The notes under the pieces: model-generated
Seen by the model: only the letters and a program-made list of their open reading frames with translations
What the model was told of the DNA's origin: nothing
Database searches by the model: none
Program-made: the position numbers and the translations under genes
DNA from: Prorocentrum cordatum
Taxonomy: Eukaryota
Assembly (NCBI GenBank): GCA_963575745.1
Contig: CAUYUJ010000192.1
Span: forward strand, 372,001 to 436,000
Length of the DNA stretch: 64,000 bases
Reading direction: 5' to 3'
Part shown: positions 34,551 through 47,976 of the stretch, piece after piece
How positions within the stretch are numbered: position 1 is the first letter of the stretch
Layout of the letters: the number at the start of each line of letters is the position of its first letter

Positions 34551-34744
34551 ATCGGATCGGGCGAAAGGGGGGGATAGCAAAGGGGGGGTTGAGAATCAGC
34601 TCACGTAGCTGATTTTCCCGGCGCCTTCCAGCGCCAGAGGCGGCCATGTATCGAGGAATGGGCCCCTCGGTGGGGCCGAAACCAGCTGCATGCAGCAGAT
34701 TTCGTACCCCCCCTTTCCCAATCCCCCCTTTCGTCCGGCCCGAT
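34551..34744. mobile_element. MITE family M1, copy 4
   Basis: Same TIRs and internal sequence; ACT on both flanks. Confidence 0.85.
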
Positions 34745-35644
34745 ACTACCAAGCAACACCGACCACACCATACTGGGCACAACAGCCGCACACTCCACGA
34801 CAGCAGAAGAATACCAGTCCAAGACCGGAACAAACATATTTCCACCAACCACACTCACAACAAAGAACAACTACTACGTCCCGTAACCTGCCTTCGGCTG
34901 CAAACCGGACCACGCAGAATACACGTCACGAGAGAACCAGTCCTCGATCGACAGCGCACCAGAAGCTTACCAAAAGGACGTCGCACACGAAGAGAAGCCT
35001 GGCGCCACTTCGCTCAAAGTCTGGCGGGCGCATGCTCTGAGGTCTCAAAATCCTACACTCCTTTCGCGCCCCTTTGCCCCTCCTCAGGCCGGCCGGGCAA
35101 ACGTCGCCACACACAGGGGGATGGACGTCGTCATCTCCGAGAGGACGGCGGCGCCCTGCCAGCTGCTTCGGAGGGTGTGGCTTGCAGCTGGCGAAGAGGG
35201 GAAGGCGGGCGAGGACCTCGACCGAGGTGGTCTCCGCCGCGCGCCGACCGGGGCCCATCGGGCCGCTGGCACGGCGCGGCGGCCCCCAAACACCAACGGC
35301 GCCGATCGCAAACAGCACTCGGGCGAAGCCACGCCCGTTGCAGGCTGGGGCCTGCACGCCGAGCGCCTGCACCGGGCTCCTCTGCGCGTGTCGACCAGAC
35401 GGCGCAGCGTACACATCGGGAGCCCCTCCGAAGGCCCCCGACGTCCAGACCTCTTCGCACTGCATCAGCGGCGAGCGAGGATGGGACGCGAGAAGGAGAA
35501 TGCCTTCTCAGAAGGCGGCCGGGACCTCTCGGAAGCCCTCGCGCCTCCTGAGAAGTGTTCTGCGTCTTCGGGGAAGGCTTATAGGCAACTTCTCAAAGGC
35601 CCAGGGGGCCTCCGAGTCTTTTGAGAAGGCCCGCCCTTTCTAGA

Positions 35645-35876
35645 GGCCTCCTAGAGGGGGTCGGGCCAAATGGGGTCGGAGGACCGCGCCGCATCGCCGA
35701 TGCCTCGGCGATGTATTGGCGATGCACCGGCAATGCATCGCCGGCATCGGCGATGCATCGGTGACTTCGGCGTGGAGAAAACGGGGCTCCGCATCGAGCC
35801 GCATCGCCGATGCGTCGGCGATGCGGGGCGCTTCTCCGACCCCATCTGGCCCGGCCCCCTCCCTCTAGGAGGCCTA
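35645..35876. mobile_element. MITE-like element with internal gcatcgccgatgc palindromic repeats
   Basis: aggcctcctagagggggtcgggccaaatggggtcgga / tccgaccccatctggcccggccccctccctctaggaggcct; a related internal stretch lies at 37030-37160. Confidence 0.7.
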
Positions 35877-36603
35877 GACTTGGGTCGGGCATGTCCCCCC
35901 CACAGGCGGATTTTGGTTGGAAAATTAGAAAAAGTACTCCAGCATGCCCCCCAAAGGGAGTCCAAAGATGCCCAGAGAATCGTCGCCAGACTATGTGTTG
36001 AGTTCTCTTGAAATAGAGACTGTTTTTTATAATTTTGGGTAACGGCTGTTACCCGGGGGGGGCGGCGGGTACTAATAACGGCGGCCGCGGCGTGCGCCCG
36101 CCAGGGTGCGTCCGCGCCATCGGCACATCAATTGCCATACCTGCTGAGAGGAGGGGGGTCCGTCGTCCACCCCCAACAAAAACGTACGATCGTTAGCGTC
36201 ACCCGGGGGGAGGGGCGGGGGGGGGGTTGGGCCCAGGTAGCAAGCGTTACCCGCCAGAGGGGGGGAAACAAAAACACTCTCATACTCCTCCTGTAGATGG
36301 ACAGGCCCGACTTGAGCCTAGACCCTCTCGCTCCCCCCCCGAAACTTTTGGAGTCCCGCAACGGTGCGGTGACAGACCGTGCGGTGACCTCGGAACCCCA
36401 GGGAACCTCACCGCACGGTCCGTCACGCACGGTCCTGGGACCCTGGAGGCCCCTTTCGCCCGAGGCATCCTCGGAGAGGCACTCGAGCCCCAAAACCGTG
36501 CGGTGACCCCGAATCCCCTCCGACTCACCGCACGGTGTGGTCACCGCACCGTTTGGGGGCCCCCGATTTCTGGGAGGGGCGACACGTGGGGGATGGGGGG
36601 CGG

Positions 36604-36982
36604 GGGAGGAGGAGGAGGAGGAGGAGGAGGAGGAGGAGGAGGAGGAGGAGGAGGAGGAGGAGGAGGAGGAGGAGGATCGAGGAGGAGGAGGAGGATCGAG
36701 GAGGAGGAGGAGGAGGAGGAGGAGAAAGGAGGAGGAGCGAGGAGGAGGATCGAGGAGGAGAATCGAGAAGGAGGAGGAGGAGGAGGAGGAACGAGGCAGA
36801 GGAGGCGGAGGAGGAGGAGGGAGGAGGAGGAGGAGGAGGAGGAGAAGGAGGAGGAGGAGGAGGAGGAGGAGGAGGAGCGAGGAGGATCGAGGAGGAGGAT
36901 CGAGGAGGAGTAACAGACGGAGGAACAGGAAGAGCAGGAGGAGGAGGAGGAGGAGGAGGAGGAGGAGGAGGGAGGAGGAGGA
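36604..36982. repeat. (GAG)n microsatellite
   Basis: Direct reading of the sequence. Confidence 0.9.
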
Positions 36983-38717
36983 TGGGCGTCTGTGCCTCCC
37001 AGATGGTGTCGGAGCGGATGGGCTTGGCGGATCGCGCCGCATCGCCGATGCATCGCAGATGCGGCCCGATGTGGAGCCCGATTTGCTTCACGTCGACGTC
37101 GCCGATGCATCGCCGACGTCGACGATGAATCGCCAGCGTATCCCCGATGCATCGCCGACCCCCCATAGAAGAGTCGTCTTAGGAAGCTACTGCTGGGAGG
37201 TCTTCGTCGGAAGGATTAGAGTTAGGCTGGGCCTGAAGATTTTGGGCGAAACGTTACAAATACCCAAAACATGCGCCAAAATACTGAGACACACTCAAGA
37301 GATCGTCCCCGAACTATATTTTTACTATTCTTGAAGATTCCTCCTGGAGAGGGACAGGCCGGACTTACGATCAGAGAGGACGCCAGTACGCCATAACGGT
37401 AATAGCCGCTGGCGCTCCGCGCGGACTTCGTGGCCGGGCCCCCCTCCCTGGCGCGCGGAGCGCGCCGGGGGGCAGCGCAGGAAGCGCCGCCCGGGGGGGT
37501 CCAGGCGCGGATCCGAGAAAAATCCGCACGGAGCGCTACAATTTTATGTTTACGGCGCTGTTTCTTCGTCGAGATTAAGGTCGGGTGTTGCTAGAAGTGC
37601 CCCTGGCCAAAGGTGCCCCCAGCTTTTCCCTTCATTTCAGAGCCCCTGGGGCCCTCTGGGCCTCGTGGGGCACTTCTAGCAACACCCGATAAGGACAATG
37701 AAGCCCCACTGGGGGGATGCCACGCCGCATTAGGCCGCGCATTCAGCGGGATTCAGCCCGATCAAGCGGGACTCAGCGGGGTGAGGCGGGATTAAGACGG
37801 GCTTCGGACCAGGGCAAAGTCAGACTTTGACATCCCAGGAGTTGCATCCGAACCAGACCGGTTTAAGACGAAGCCAGGACGAGGATAACATCGGGTGAGA
37901 ATATATCGAGAAACTTTAAGGTCAAGCGGCTCTAGAGGATGCCTCGGGTCACGTGGCCTTATCAGAGCGTTCCAGAACTCTGAGAGCGTTCCGGAACGCT
38001 CTGGTACGGATTTATCCTCGTCCGAGCCCCGTCCGATCTCGCGTCGTGACAAAACCACGACGGACAATTTGGAAAGTCTTGGGCCTCTGGGGGCCCTCAT
38101 ACCGGGCCTCGGGCCCGTCTAACAACGGCTCGGGATGAAACACTGGTGTCCGGGATTATGTTCTCCCATCCCAGAAATCATTTCGAGCACCCAAACAAGT
38201 GTCGACACAGTGTCGAACGAGCATCGCCCCCGAGGGCCCGACACTTGAAAACCCTCGAGTTTCGGTACGTTCTTGGTGCTCGAAACTCTCTCGAGCGATC
38301 AAGGCGCTGAAGTAGGCTGGAACATCAAAAGCTGGGGAATGGACCCAGGCCTCTTTGGGGGCCGACGTCACGACAAAAAAAGGCGACGTCGGAAGTCCGG
38401 GAACGCATCCCGGTCCATATTCCACGCCCTCGCGGCCTGGACTTCGGGGCGCATTTCGCCGTGGATGCGCGGTCGCATGGAGACGTTCCGCGCGGTGCAT
38501 CTGCGACAAAAGCGCCCTGTATACTCCACATCCCTAATTCAGCGACCCCCCCTAAAAAACCGCACCCCCGTGTAAATGCGACCCAATATTCCGGACCCCC
38601 CTCTTCGACGGGGCGAAACCGGACTCCCTAAGCTCCAATCCAAAGAAAGCGAGCCCTAATAACCAGACCCCCCAGTTACAAAAGAGGCGCCTCGAAAAAC
38701 CGGGCCCGGGGGACGAT

Positions 38718-40786
38718 CCCTAGCCTACAAGACGGGGTGTCTATTTTCGCTTTCGTTTTCCGTGATACTGTTGCAGAGTTTCTATTTCTAGTCGTGTCTA
38801 TAAATTCGCGCTGCGCGCAATGTAAAGCATATGGTTTTGTATAAGAAAAATAGACACGAATAGACACTTCTCTGACATAGACACGAATTCATTGAAAATA
38901 GACACGAAAGTGAATTAACAATAGACACGAACGTCATAAATAGACACGATAATAGACACGGCTCATACATAGACACGAATAGACATGATTAGACACGAAT
39001 AGTCACGCGACGAATATACGCGCAAAAGAAGCCCGAAACGAATAGACACGGTGTGGCAAAAATAGACACGGCATACGGGGGGGGGAGTCGGGACGGGAGA
39101 ATGTGGAATAACGTGGAGGATGGGATTGAAATTCAGCGGAGTTGAAAGGAGTGCAGAAACAATGAGCATGATAAACGGGCGAATTGGGGGGAGCTGAGGA
39201 GAATCACATATTGAAACGCTTTGGAATCACACGAGAGATCTAGGGGGAGCGCGGAGACTGCGGAATCGCTGGGGAAAAAAACGCGGAGAAGATGAGTGGA
39301 GTGTGGAGGAGGAGCCGTGAACAGGAATGGGAGGGGAGGCGCGGCGTGCACTGGGGTGTTGATGAACCATGGGGTGGTAGAGCGAGCGCGGAAGAAAGCG
39401 GAAAAATGAGGCGGAGTGCGGGGGATCGCGGAAGAGCGGAGAGAGTGAGGATGAGCGATGACTCGGAGGAACGCAGATGAGTTGGGAGGAGTGCGAATAC
39501 GTGGGGAAGGATGTGAGGAGCCAGGAGGGGGGTGGTGGGAGGATTGTGGAGGAGGTGCGGAAGGCATGGAGGGGAGCGGAGGAACGGTGAGGAATAGGAG
39601 GGCTCAGGATTGAGAGGTGGCCCAAACGGTGGACCCGAACGGACATTTCGAGCCCTCGCCCCCGAGAGGCCCCCAAGAGGCTCCAACGCGCCCCCAAGAG
39701 ACCCCCAAGACGCCCCAAGAAGCCCCATTCCCAAGAGGCCCGAAAAACTGCCCCCACTATGCCCCCACGATCGTGCCGAAGAGATGCCATATGACGGCCG
39801 CCGACGCGAAAGTGGACCGCAATACGTTTGCCAGCCGGTGGTGCGGTCGCGCCAAGACGTTCGCAAAGGCGCAGGGCCTCGACCCGAGCGAACTTGCCAA
39901 GGAGGCGTACGCCGCCGCGAGCAAGGTCTGGAAGAGTGCGCAGTGAGAGTCTGGGCATTTCGACGACCTCTGACAGAAACCGGTTGAAACATGTCGTGCG
40001 AGAAAGGGGGGCGCGCGAAAGGGAGAGGGGGGAACGGGAAATGCACAGGACGCCGTCCTGGCGTGGATGAGAGGCAGGAGAAGGGGACCTCTTGGAAGCC
40101 GCTTGGGGTTTCCTGGAAGCCCCGTTTGGGCCGCCTCTTGGAGCCGTCTTGGGGCCCTCTTGGGCTGTTTTGGGGCCCTCTTGGAGGCTTCTTGGGCCGT
40201 CTTGGGGCGATCTTTGGGGCCTCATGGGCCGTCTTGGAGCGTAAGCCGAAGAAGCGAGAACGCCCAAATCCTTCAAAACTTACGTGAAATAACTGGATTT
40301 GGAGTGCTGCCGCAGGCCTTGTGGCGTCTTGGAGGCCGCATTGGGCCGTCTGGATGCCATCTTGGGCGTCTTGGACCGATCGTTCGGCGACTCGGGGCCA
40401 TCTTGGACCGTCTTCGGAAATTCGAAATTGGGCGCCAAGACATCTTGTTGAACAAACGGTACTCTTGGGAAAAATAGACACGCACTTTGAAAAATAGGCA
40501 CGGCAATAACAGACGCGAACACGTCGAAATCATGGAAAATAGGCACGAATAGACACGTTCAAATTAGACACGTTAGACATGCACGAATAGACACCAATGC
40601 ATATAAACACGGATAGACACGACATAGACATGAGAATTAAAGCCACGTTGGGGCCGGAGCTGAATTTCTATAAAAATAGACACGAAAACGATACCGAGTC
40701 TATTTTTTTAGAAACGCGCAAACCGTGTGAAACATTCCACAACGGCGAGTCTAATTTCTATTTTTCTGGTGGTCTGTAGGCTAGGG
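38718..40786. mobile_element. Non-autonomous TIR element with AATAGACACG motif arrays and nested inserts
   Basis: TIR ccctagcctaca(a)gac / gtctgtaggctaggg; many atagacacg copies at 38850-39070 and 40470-40690, separated by unrelated GGAG-rich and ccaaga/tcttgg foldback DNA. Confidence 0.65.
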
Positions 40787-40954
40787 CATATGATCAAGGG
40801 ATTTGGAGTACATATCCGACGGGTCGCGGGCAAGGGGCCCAGCCCGCAGCTCCCCGCCCGCGAGGAGTGCCGAGCTGAAGGGCGGGAGGACCGAGGATCG
40901 GTCCGGGGCTCCTCCCGTGCCCCCCGGGGCCTCCGGAGGCTGAGGGGAGGGGCA

Positions 40955-41097
40955 GATCCTCGACGATCGCTCCTCGACGATCCTCGATCCTCGACGATCC
41001 TCGACGAATGAGAATCATCGACGATCCTCGACGATCCTCCTCCTCGACGATCCTCGACGATCCTCGACGAGTGTGAGAATGATCGATCCTCGAGGAT
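40955..41097. repeat. (GATCCTCGAC)n minisatellite
   Basis: 10-bp unit repeated with variants. Confidence 0.85.
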
Positions 41098-42257
41098 CGC
41101 TGCAGATTCCGCGCAGCGGCCACCGCCGAGGCCGCGTGCGCCACGGCAGCCGCGGCGGCCACGTCGCGGCCACGCCGCAGCCGCCTGCCGCTGACTACCC
41201 ACCAGGCCACACCAACCCAACCCGAAGACCCGAATCTGACCCACATTTCGGGTTGGGGGGGGTACGGGTTTCATGTGTTTGTTCAATGCTCCCCGACCCC
41301 CCCCCACTGGAAATGTAGGGCAAGTTGAGGCCTTCGGGTTGGGCTGGGGTGGTGTGGTGGGTGGTGAGCCGCGCGCCAGGGCGCGGAGGGTGGAGGCCGA
41401 GGGCACCGACCGCAGAGGTCGAGGCCGAGCCCCGGAAACTGACGGAACGAGAGCAGCCCAGGAGGACGCGGCGGCGCGGCGGCCGACCCGGACGAGCCCG
41501 ACCCAGTGCGGCCGCCAGCGAAGCAGCCGAGCCGACCGAAGCGCAGACGCCCTCGTCATCCAGCTCCTGCTGCGGAGAGGAGAGGGCGCAAGCAGTCGAC
41601 CTGGGAGCCAGTCTTGCCAGACAACACCGTCTGGCAGACCGACCCGGCCTGTGCTAGATTCTGCGGTGCTTGCTGGCACCCCCCCTCGGCGCCACACTCG
41701 AGCCAGCCTGGACAGGACGGGACAGGACGCTGAGTACGTGCGGTCGCGAGCGCGACGACGTGCCCTAAGGGCTCAGCGGAAGTTTATCAGCCCATCTGAT
41801 CAATGGGCGTCCGCGGGCTCTGTGCCCGTTAGGTTCCCAGCTCTGGACTCCTCGCGCCCAGCACTCGTGGCTCATCTTTCCCAATGTTTGACTTCAGCGT
41901 TGCATTCTGGAGTTGCGCTCTTTGAGAGCCAGCCTGAGAGAGCTCAATCTCTTCTGTTAGGAAGCCGCAGTTGGCAACAGAGAAATGGTGCCCATGCCGC
42001 CCTGTGGACTTCCATCTGCTTCGCTTCCTACCCCCTTCTCCCTGCTCCTTGCCCCCTCCTGCCCATCGAAAGGGTTCAGTGGAACGGACTCCCTCCCCAG
42101 GGCCAGCTTCTAATCTCGAGCGTCTTTCATCGACGGCCGTCAGACGTCCTCTGGGGGGCCGAACAGCCACTCGCCGCGGCAATTCAACGTGCGAATCCTT
42201 GATCTGCTACTCCTCCTCCCCTCCCCCCTCTTCCCATTCCCTCCTCCTCCTCCTCCT

Positions 42258-42295
42258 CATCATCAGCAGCATCATCATCATCATCATTATCATTG

Positions 42296-42370
<75 letters not shown>

Positions 42371-42428
42371 GGATCAGCATCATCATCATCAGGATCAGCA
42401 TCATCATCATCATCATCATCAGCATCAG

Positions 42429-42463
<35 letters not shown>

Positions 42464-42502
42464 GCATCATCATCATCATCATCGTCATCATCATCATCAT
42501 CG

Positions 42503-42534
<32 letters not shown>
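42258..42534. repeat. (CAT)n microsatellite
   Basis: Direct reading of the sequence. Confidence 0.95.
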
Positions 42535-42882
42535 GACCTCCCTGATACTTCTCCGCCTCATTATCCTTCCTCCTGCTCCTCCTATTCCCCTCTCCCTCCC
42601 TGCTCGGTCCTCTATCCTCCTCCCTCTATCCCTTCTTCCATAACAATGAAACTCCTGCCTATCGCGACCCCGCAGGCGTGGTTGCAGGGCTCTCCAGGCG
42701 TTTCGCCCAAAGCTTGAAGTTTGTAACAACTTCCCGGACGGAGGGTGGGTCCTTTGAGAAGTGGTGTTCGCCTGGGCGCCGCGCGCCACTGTCTGAACCG
42801 TATATGTAAGGCGGGTCCTTTTCAAAACGTGACCCTCGCCCTGGCGCCTTATGCGCTCGTCATGTCGCAGGCCTGGAGATTG

Positions 42883-43050
42883 ACACCAACACCAATTTCG
42901 GCGGTGTGCCTCCACCGAGGGAAGAAGATCCCGATCTCGGTGATGGTGGTAATATTCTGGCTTCCAAGGTGGCCGAAATATTACCACCAACACCGAAATC
43001 TAGGATCACCTTCCCGCTGTGGAGGCAACCTCCTGTCTTGGTGTTGGTGT
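42883..43050. mobile_element. Palindromic MITE-like element
   Basis: acaccaacaccaa..gcctccac..ggtgatggtggtaatatt / aatattaccaccaacacc..gtggaggc..ttggtgttggtgt. Confidence 0.65.
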
Positions 43051-44599
43051 TCAGCATGCGGCTCTCGCCCCAGCGCTGCGCACGTTCGCTTCAAAGTGTG
43101 CCAGCAATTTCACGGACAGAGGTTGGGTCCTTTTCAGAATGTGCCTCTCGCCTTCGCGCCGCGCACACCCGTGTTGAGTTCGCAACGACTTCACGGATGG
43201 AGAGCGGGGCGATTTCAAAATGTGGCTCCCGTCCCAGCGTCGCGCACATTCGTCTCAAAACATGGCAGCCGCCTCTCAGGTGGAGGGCGGTTCCTTTTCA
43301 AGATGCAGCCCTCGCCGTAGAGCCACGCACAGTCGTCTTCGTATGTGCGACAGGTTCATGAATGATTGAAGACTGTCAGGACACACCCTTCACGTTGACT
43401 CGCGATGTTGAAATCCCAGAAACGGTGTTCTGGCACGAGTGAAGATGGTCAGGACGCTACTATCATGACATGTTGATCCGCGGCGTTCAATTCACAACAA
43501 AATTGAGATTTCACTGAAAATTGTCTTCTAATGAGCCACCTCCCGCAATGATTGTTTTAGGGACCTATGATGAGGGAGCTTTGAGGGAGGGTTATTGCAT
43601 CATCGTTCGTGCGTCTTGGGTTTACGCTAGTCCTCATTCTCCCCCTCCCCGTCCCACACCTCCTCCCTTCTCCTCCTCCTCCTCCTCTTCCTCCCCTTCC
43701 TCCCTCCTCCTCCTCCTCCACCTCATTCCGCATCCTCCTCTCAGGCCTGTCTCTTTGCTAGGCGCTAGGTCCTCGGTGATGACATCTGGCCGATGACTGC
43801 AATTGTAATGGTCGTCGTTGCCTGTCCTGCTTCGTCGTGTGTGCCTCCTGGATATTCACTCATCCTTGCCTCACTGTCCCACAAATCGACCGGAACCCTG
43901 AACCCTTCTGCACCGTATTTCGAGCCCGATCGATCCGTGAGGGTCTCGGGGGCCTGAAGCAGGGCAAAGCCGCGCGTTGTCCAACAATAACGACGACGGG
44001 GTCTCAGGGCTCGGTGGCAACTCGTGGGAGCCTCCCATGCCGTCTTGTTGGCTCTTGCGAATCGATCTCGCCGACGCTAACCGACGACTTTCGACCCTGG
44101 ATCGACGCTGACCGATGCTAAGTCGGCGCTCCCTCATCGATGACAAAACGCTGGCGCACGCGAGTGCACTCGAATGACGGCGTCACGAGGATACGCAAGG
44201 CCCCCATGATTTGCTACCGGGTCAGGGGCTTCCCTTAGGTTGGGCATGTCCTCCTACAGGCTGATTTTGGACGACAAATGAAACATACAAAAACAAATAC
44301 TCAAACAACATCCACAAAATAGTCGAACAATCGTCGCCAGACTGTTTTTCCCCACATCCACAGTGGGGCTCTTGTTTTCTCTGGACACCCCGCGCAGGAA
44401 CACACAGGAACACACACTCACTCACACTCACATTTATTCACACAGAGGCCATCTTGATCACCTTGACCATGCCTCGACCACACACTCACTCACCCACCCA
44501 ACCAATCATCTGCATCATCATGATCATAATCATCATCACTCATTCACTCATTCACTGACGCCCTCACTCACCCACTCATTCGCTAGTTTGGAGATGGGG

Positions 44600-45153
44600 G
44601 AGGTATCCGGCGGAAGCCTCGTCTGTGAGTGAACTGTGAGGAAGTCTCACGCGGGAACCCCCTCCTCATGGGGCCCGCGCGTCATGTTTTTTAAATCCGA
44701 GCGGGTCATCCTCAACCCTGTAACTGTCTTCACTTTGGGGCTCCCGAAGCCTGAATATGGAGGAAATATCGGGCGGGGAGCCTCGTGTGTGAGTGAACTG
44801 TGAGGAAGTCTCAGGCGGGAGCCCCCTCCCTATGGGGCCCGCGCCTCACGTTTTTAATCCGAGCGGGCCATCCTCAACCCTGTAACGTCGCCTCTCTGGG
44901 GCTTCTGAGGCTTGAATATGGGGAAAGTATCAGGCGGGAGCCTCGTCTGTGGGTGAACTGTGAGGAGGTCTCACGCGGGAGCCCCTTTCCTATGGGGCCC
45001 GCATCTCATGAATTTAATCCGAAACGGTCACCCTCAACCCTGTAGCTGTCGCCACTCTGGGGCCGCCGAAGCCTGAACATGGAGGAAGTATCAGGCGGGA
45101 GCCTCGTCTGTGAGTGAACTGTGAGGAAGTCTCAGGCGGGAGCCCCCTCCCTA
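44600..45153 (+). repeat. ~161 bp tandem repeat, about 3.4 copies
   Basis: gcctcgtctgtgagtgaactgtgaggaagtctca recurs at ~44616, 44780, 44940 and 45101; a partial solo copy lies at ~7221-7280. Confidence 0.9.
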
Positions 45154-45659
45154 GGCGCTCTTCAGAGGGCGATTTGTCCGACCCATCAGGTGAGGAGGAC
45201 AAGGAAGAAAAGGAGGTGATGACGACGACGGCGGCCGGGCGCAGGGGGAAACCCTCGCGTCCGGGCCGGGGGTTGTAACACATTTTCGGCCGCAGCGGGG
45301 GCATGGGGAAACCTTTGTCTGCGGGCTGGCGGTGGTAACCCATCGTCAGCCAAATCTGGGAGGGTGCGCCGCTGGATCTCCCCAGGGGGGGGGGGGGGGG
45401 GCCTTCCCCGATCCGTCGTCGGGGACCCCCCCCCTTCCCCGATCCGTCGTCGGGGACCCCCCCCACCCCCCTTTCAAAAGGGAGAGGGGGGGGGTCCGAA
45501 CCCCCCTCCCCCCTTTTGGCCGCCCCCCCCCCCCCCTCTCTCCCTTTCGCCACGCCGCCCCCTGACTCCAGAACCCGACCCCCGCCACCCCTACCCCTAG
45601 TCCTCACCCAAACCCAATCCCCTAACCCGAACCCCAACCACTAACACCAGCCCCAAAGA

Positions 45660-47040
45660 GTACTCACTACTCATTACTCCCTACCCACTACTGTCTAATC
45701 GTTACTCGCTACTCATATGTCACTACCCCCTACTCACTACACACGACCCACTACTCACTATCCACTACTCAGGACCCACCACCCACTACTCGCTACTCAC
45801 TACTCCCTACTCACCACACCCTCCTCCCTACTCACTACTCACTCCTCACTACCCACAACTCAATACTCGCTACTCACTAAGCACTACTCACTACTCCCTA
45901 CTCACTAATCACTACTGGTTACCCACGACCAACTAATCCACTACTCACTACTCATTGCCCGCAAATCACGACCCACTACTCGCTACTCGCTACTCCCTAC
46001 TCCCTAGACAATGCTGACTACACAGTACTCAGTACGCACTACTCAATACTTCCATACTCGCTACTCAATACACACTACCCACTCCCCGCTACTCACTACT
46101 CGCTACACTCTACTTACTACTTCCTACTAACTAATCACTACATAGTCTCTAGTCGCAGGTCACTAGTCACTTGTCACTAGTCACTACCCACTACTCACTA
46201 CTCACTAATCGCTATTCACTACCCACCATCGCTACCCACTTCTTACTACTCACTGCTCACTGCTCCCTACTCCCTACTCTGTACTCACTACTCGCTACTC
46301 GCTACTCCCTAGTCGTTACTCACTAATCACTAATCACTACCCACTGCTCACTACTGACTACTCTCTACTCACTGAGATCACTCACTACTCGCTACTCCAT
46401 ACTCGCTACTCACTACACACTACCCACTGCCACTACCCACCACTCTCTATTCATCACTACGCACTACTCACCACACACTAAGCGCTACGTACTACTCAGT
46501 ACTCACTACTCACTACTCGCTAGTCGCTACTCACTACTCACTACTCAATAGTCACTACTCACTACTCACTACGCGCTACGCACCACCCACTACTCACTTC
46601 TCACAAATCACTACTCGCCTCCCACTACTCACAACCCACGACTCATTACTCCCTACTCCCGACTCAGTACTCACGATTCGCTACTGGCCACTCACTTGTC
46701 ACTACTCACTACCCACGACGCACTACGCACTACCCACTACTCACTACTCACCAATCACTACTCGCCACCCACTACTCACTACCCACGACTCACTACCCAC
46801 TACGCATTACTCCCTACTCCCTACTTTGTACTCACTACTCACTACTCGCTACTCACTACTCACTACTCACTACTCGCCACTCACTACTCACTTATCAGTA
46901 CTCAGTACTCATTATTCACTACTCACTACTCCCCTCGCCACTTAGTACCCACTACTCACTACCCAACACTCACTACTCACTACGCACTAACTTACTACTC
47001 ACTACTCACCACTCCCTACTCCCAACTCCGTACTCCCTAC
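45660..47040. repeat. Degenerate (CACTACT)n heptamer satellite
   Basis: Dominant ctcacta/ctcgcta/ctcccta units over 1.4 kb. Confidence 0.9.
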
Positions 47041-47292
47041 ACACCTTCTCTGGCGCAGAAAGGAAAAGCGAGACAACCCCCCCGTCCCCGGCTCCATTTC
47101 CGGCGCAATGGGGGGGAGGGGGGGAGGGGTTCGCACCCGAAGTGGTACGAATTACAACCGACTAAGACCGATCCCAACCGTTCGGGGTGAATTGCAACCA
47201 GAAAAGAGACCAATTCCAACCACAAATGAGACCAATTCCAACTCAGCCAAAAATGAGACCAATTCCAACCACGGATGGGATCTTCAGAAGTC

Positions 47293-47303
47293 CTACTACT
47301 ACG

Positions 47304-47348
<45 letters not shown>

Positions 47349-47349
47349 G

Positions 47350-47394
<45 letters not shown>

Positions 47395-47437
47395 GTACTA
47401 GTACTAGTACTAGTACTAGTACTAGTACTAGTACTAG

Positions 47438-47533
<96 letters not shown>
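47293..47533. repeat. (TAC)n/(TAGTAC)n microsatellite, left of the array
   Basis: Direct reading of the sequence. Confidence 0.95.
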
Positions 47534-47534
<1 letters not shown>

Positions 47535-47976
47535 GGATGTAAAAAAACTAAACGCGAAACCCATCCGTAACATTGAATTCCGCCATTCAAAGATATGGAA
47601 CGCAAGCTAGGCATGAACGGCCCAAGGTTGAAAAAATGTTTCCGTGTTTCGCGTTTATTGTTTACATTTTCGCGGGCAGCTGCCGATCTTGCCCTACCTG
47701 GAACTCGCGGCCTTTGAATGGCGAAATCCAATGTTATGAATAAATTTCGCGTTTATTGTTTACATCCACGGCCTTCCAGCAACGCTAACTTAGTATCCCT
47801 TATGCGCTACTTACGTGATATTGAACAAACGAATAGTAGCCAGCGTGGCCCCCGAACGTCGATGTCTTGCAATCCACGCGGTGCAATCTAGGCGGTGCAA
47901 CGCATGCTATGCAACCTAGGTAGCGCGAGCCACGCGGTGCAGTTCATGCAACGCACAGCGACGCCAAGCAACGCTA

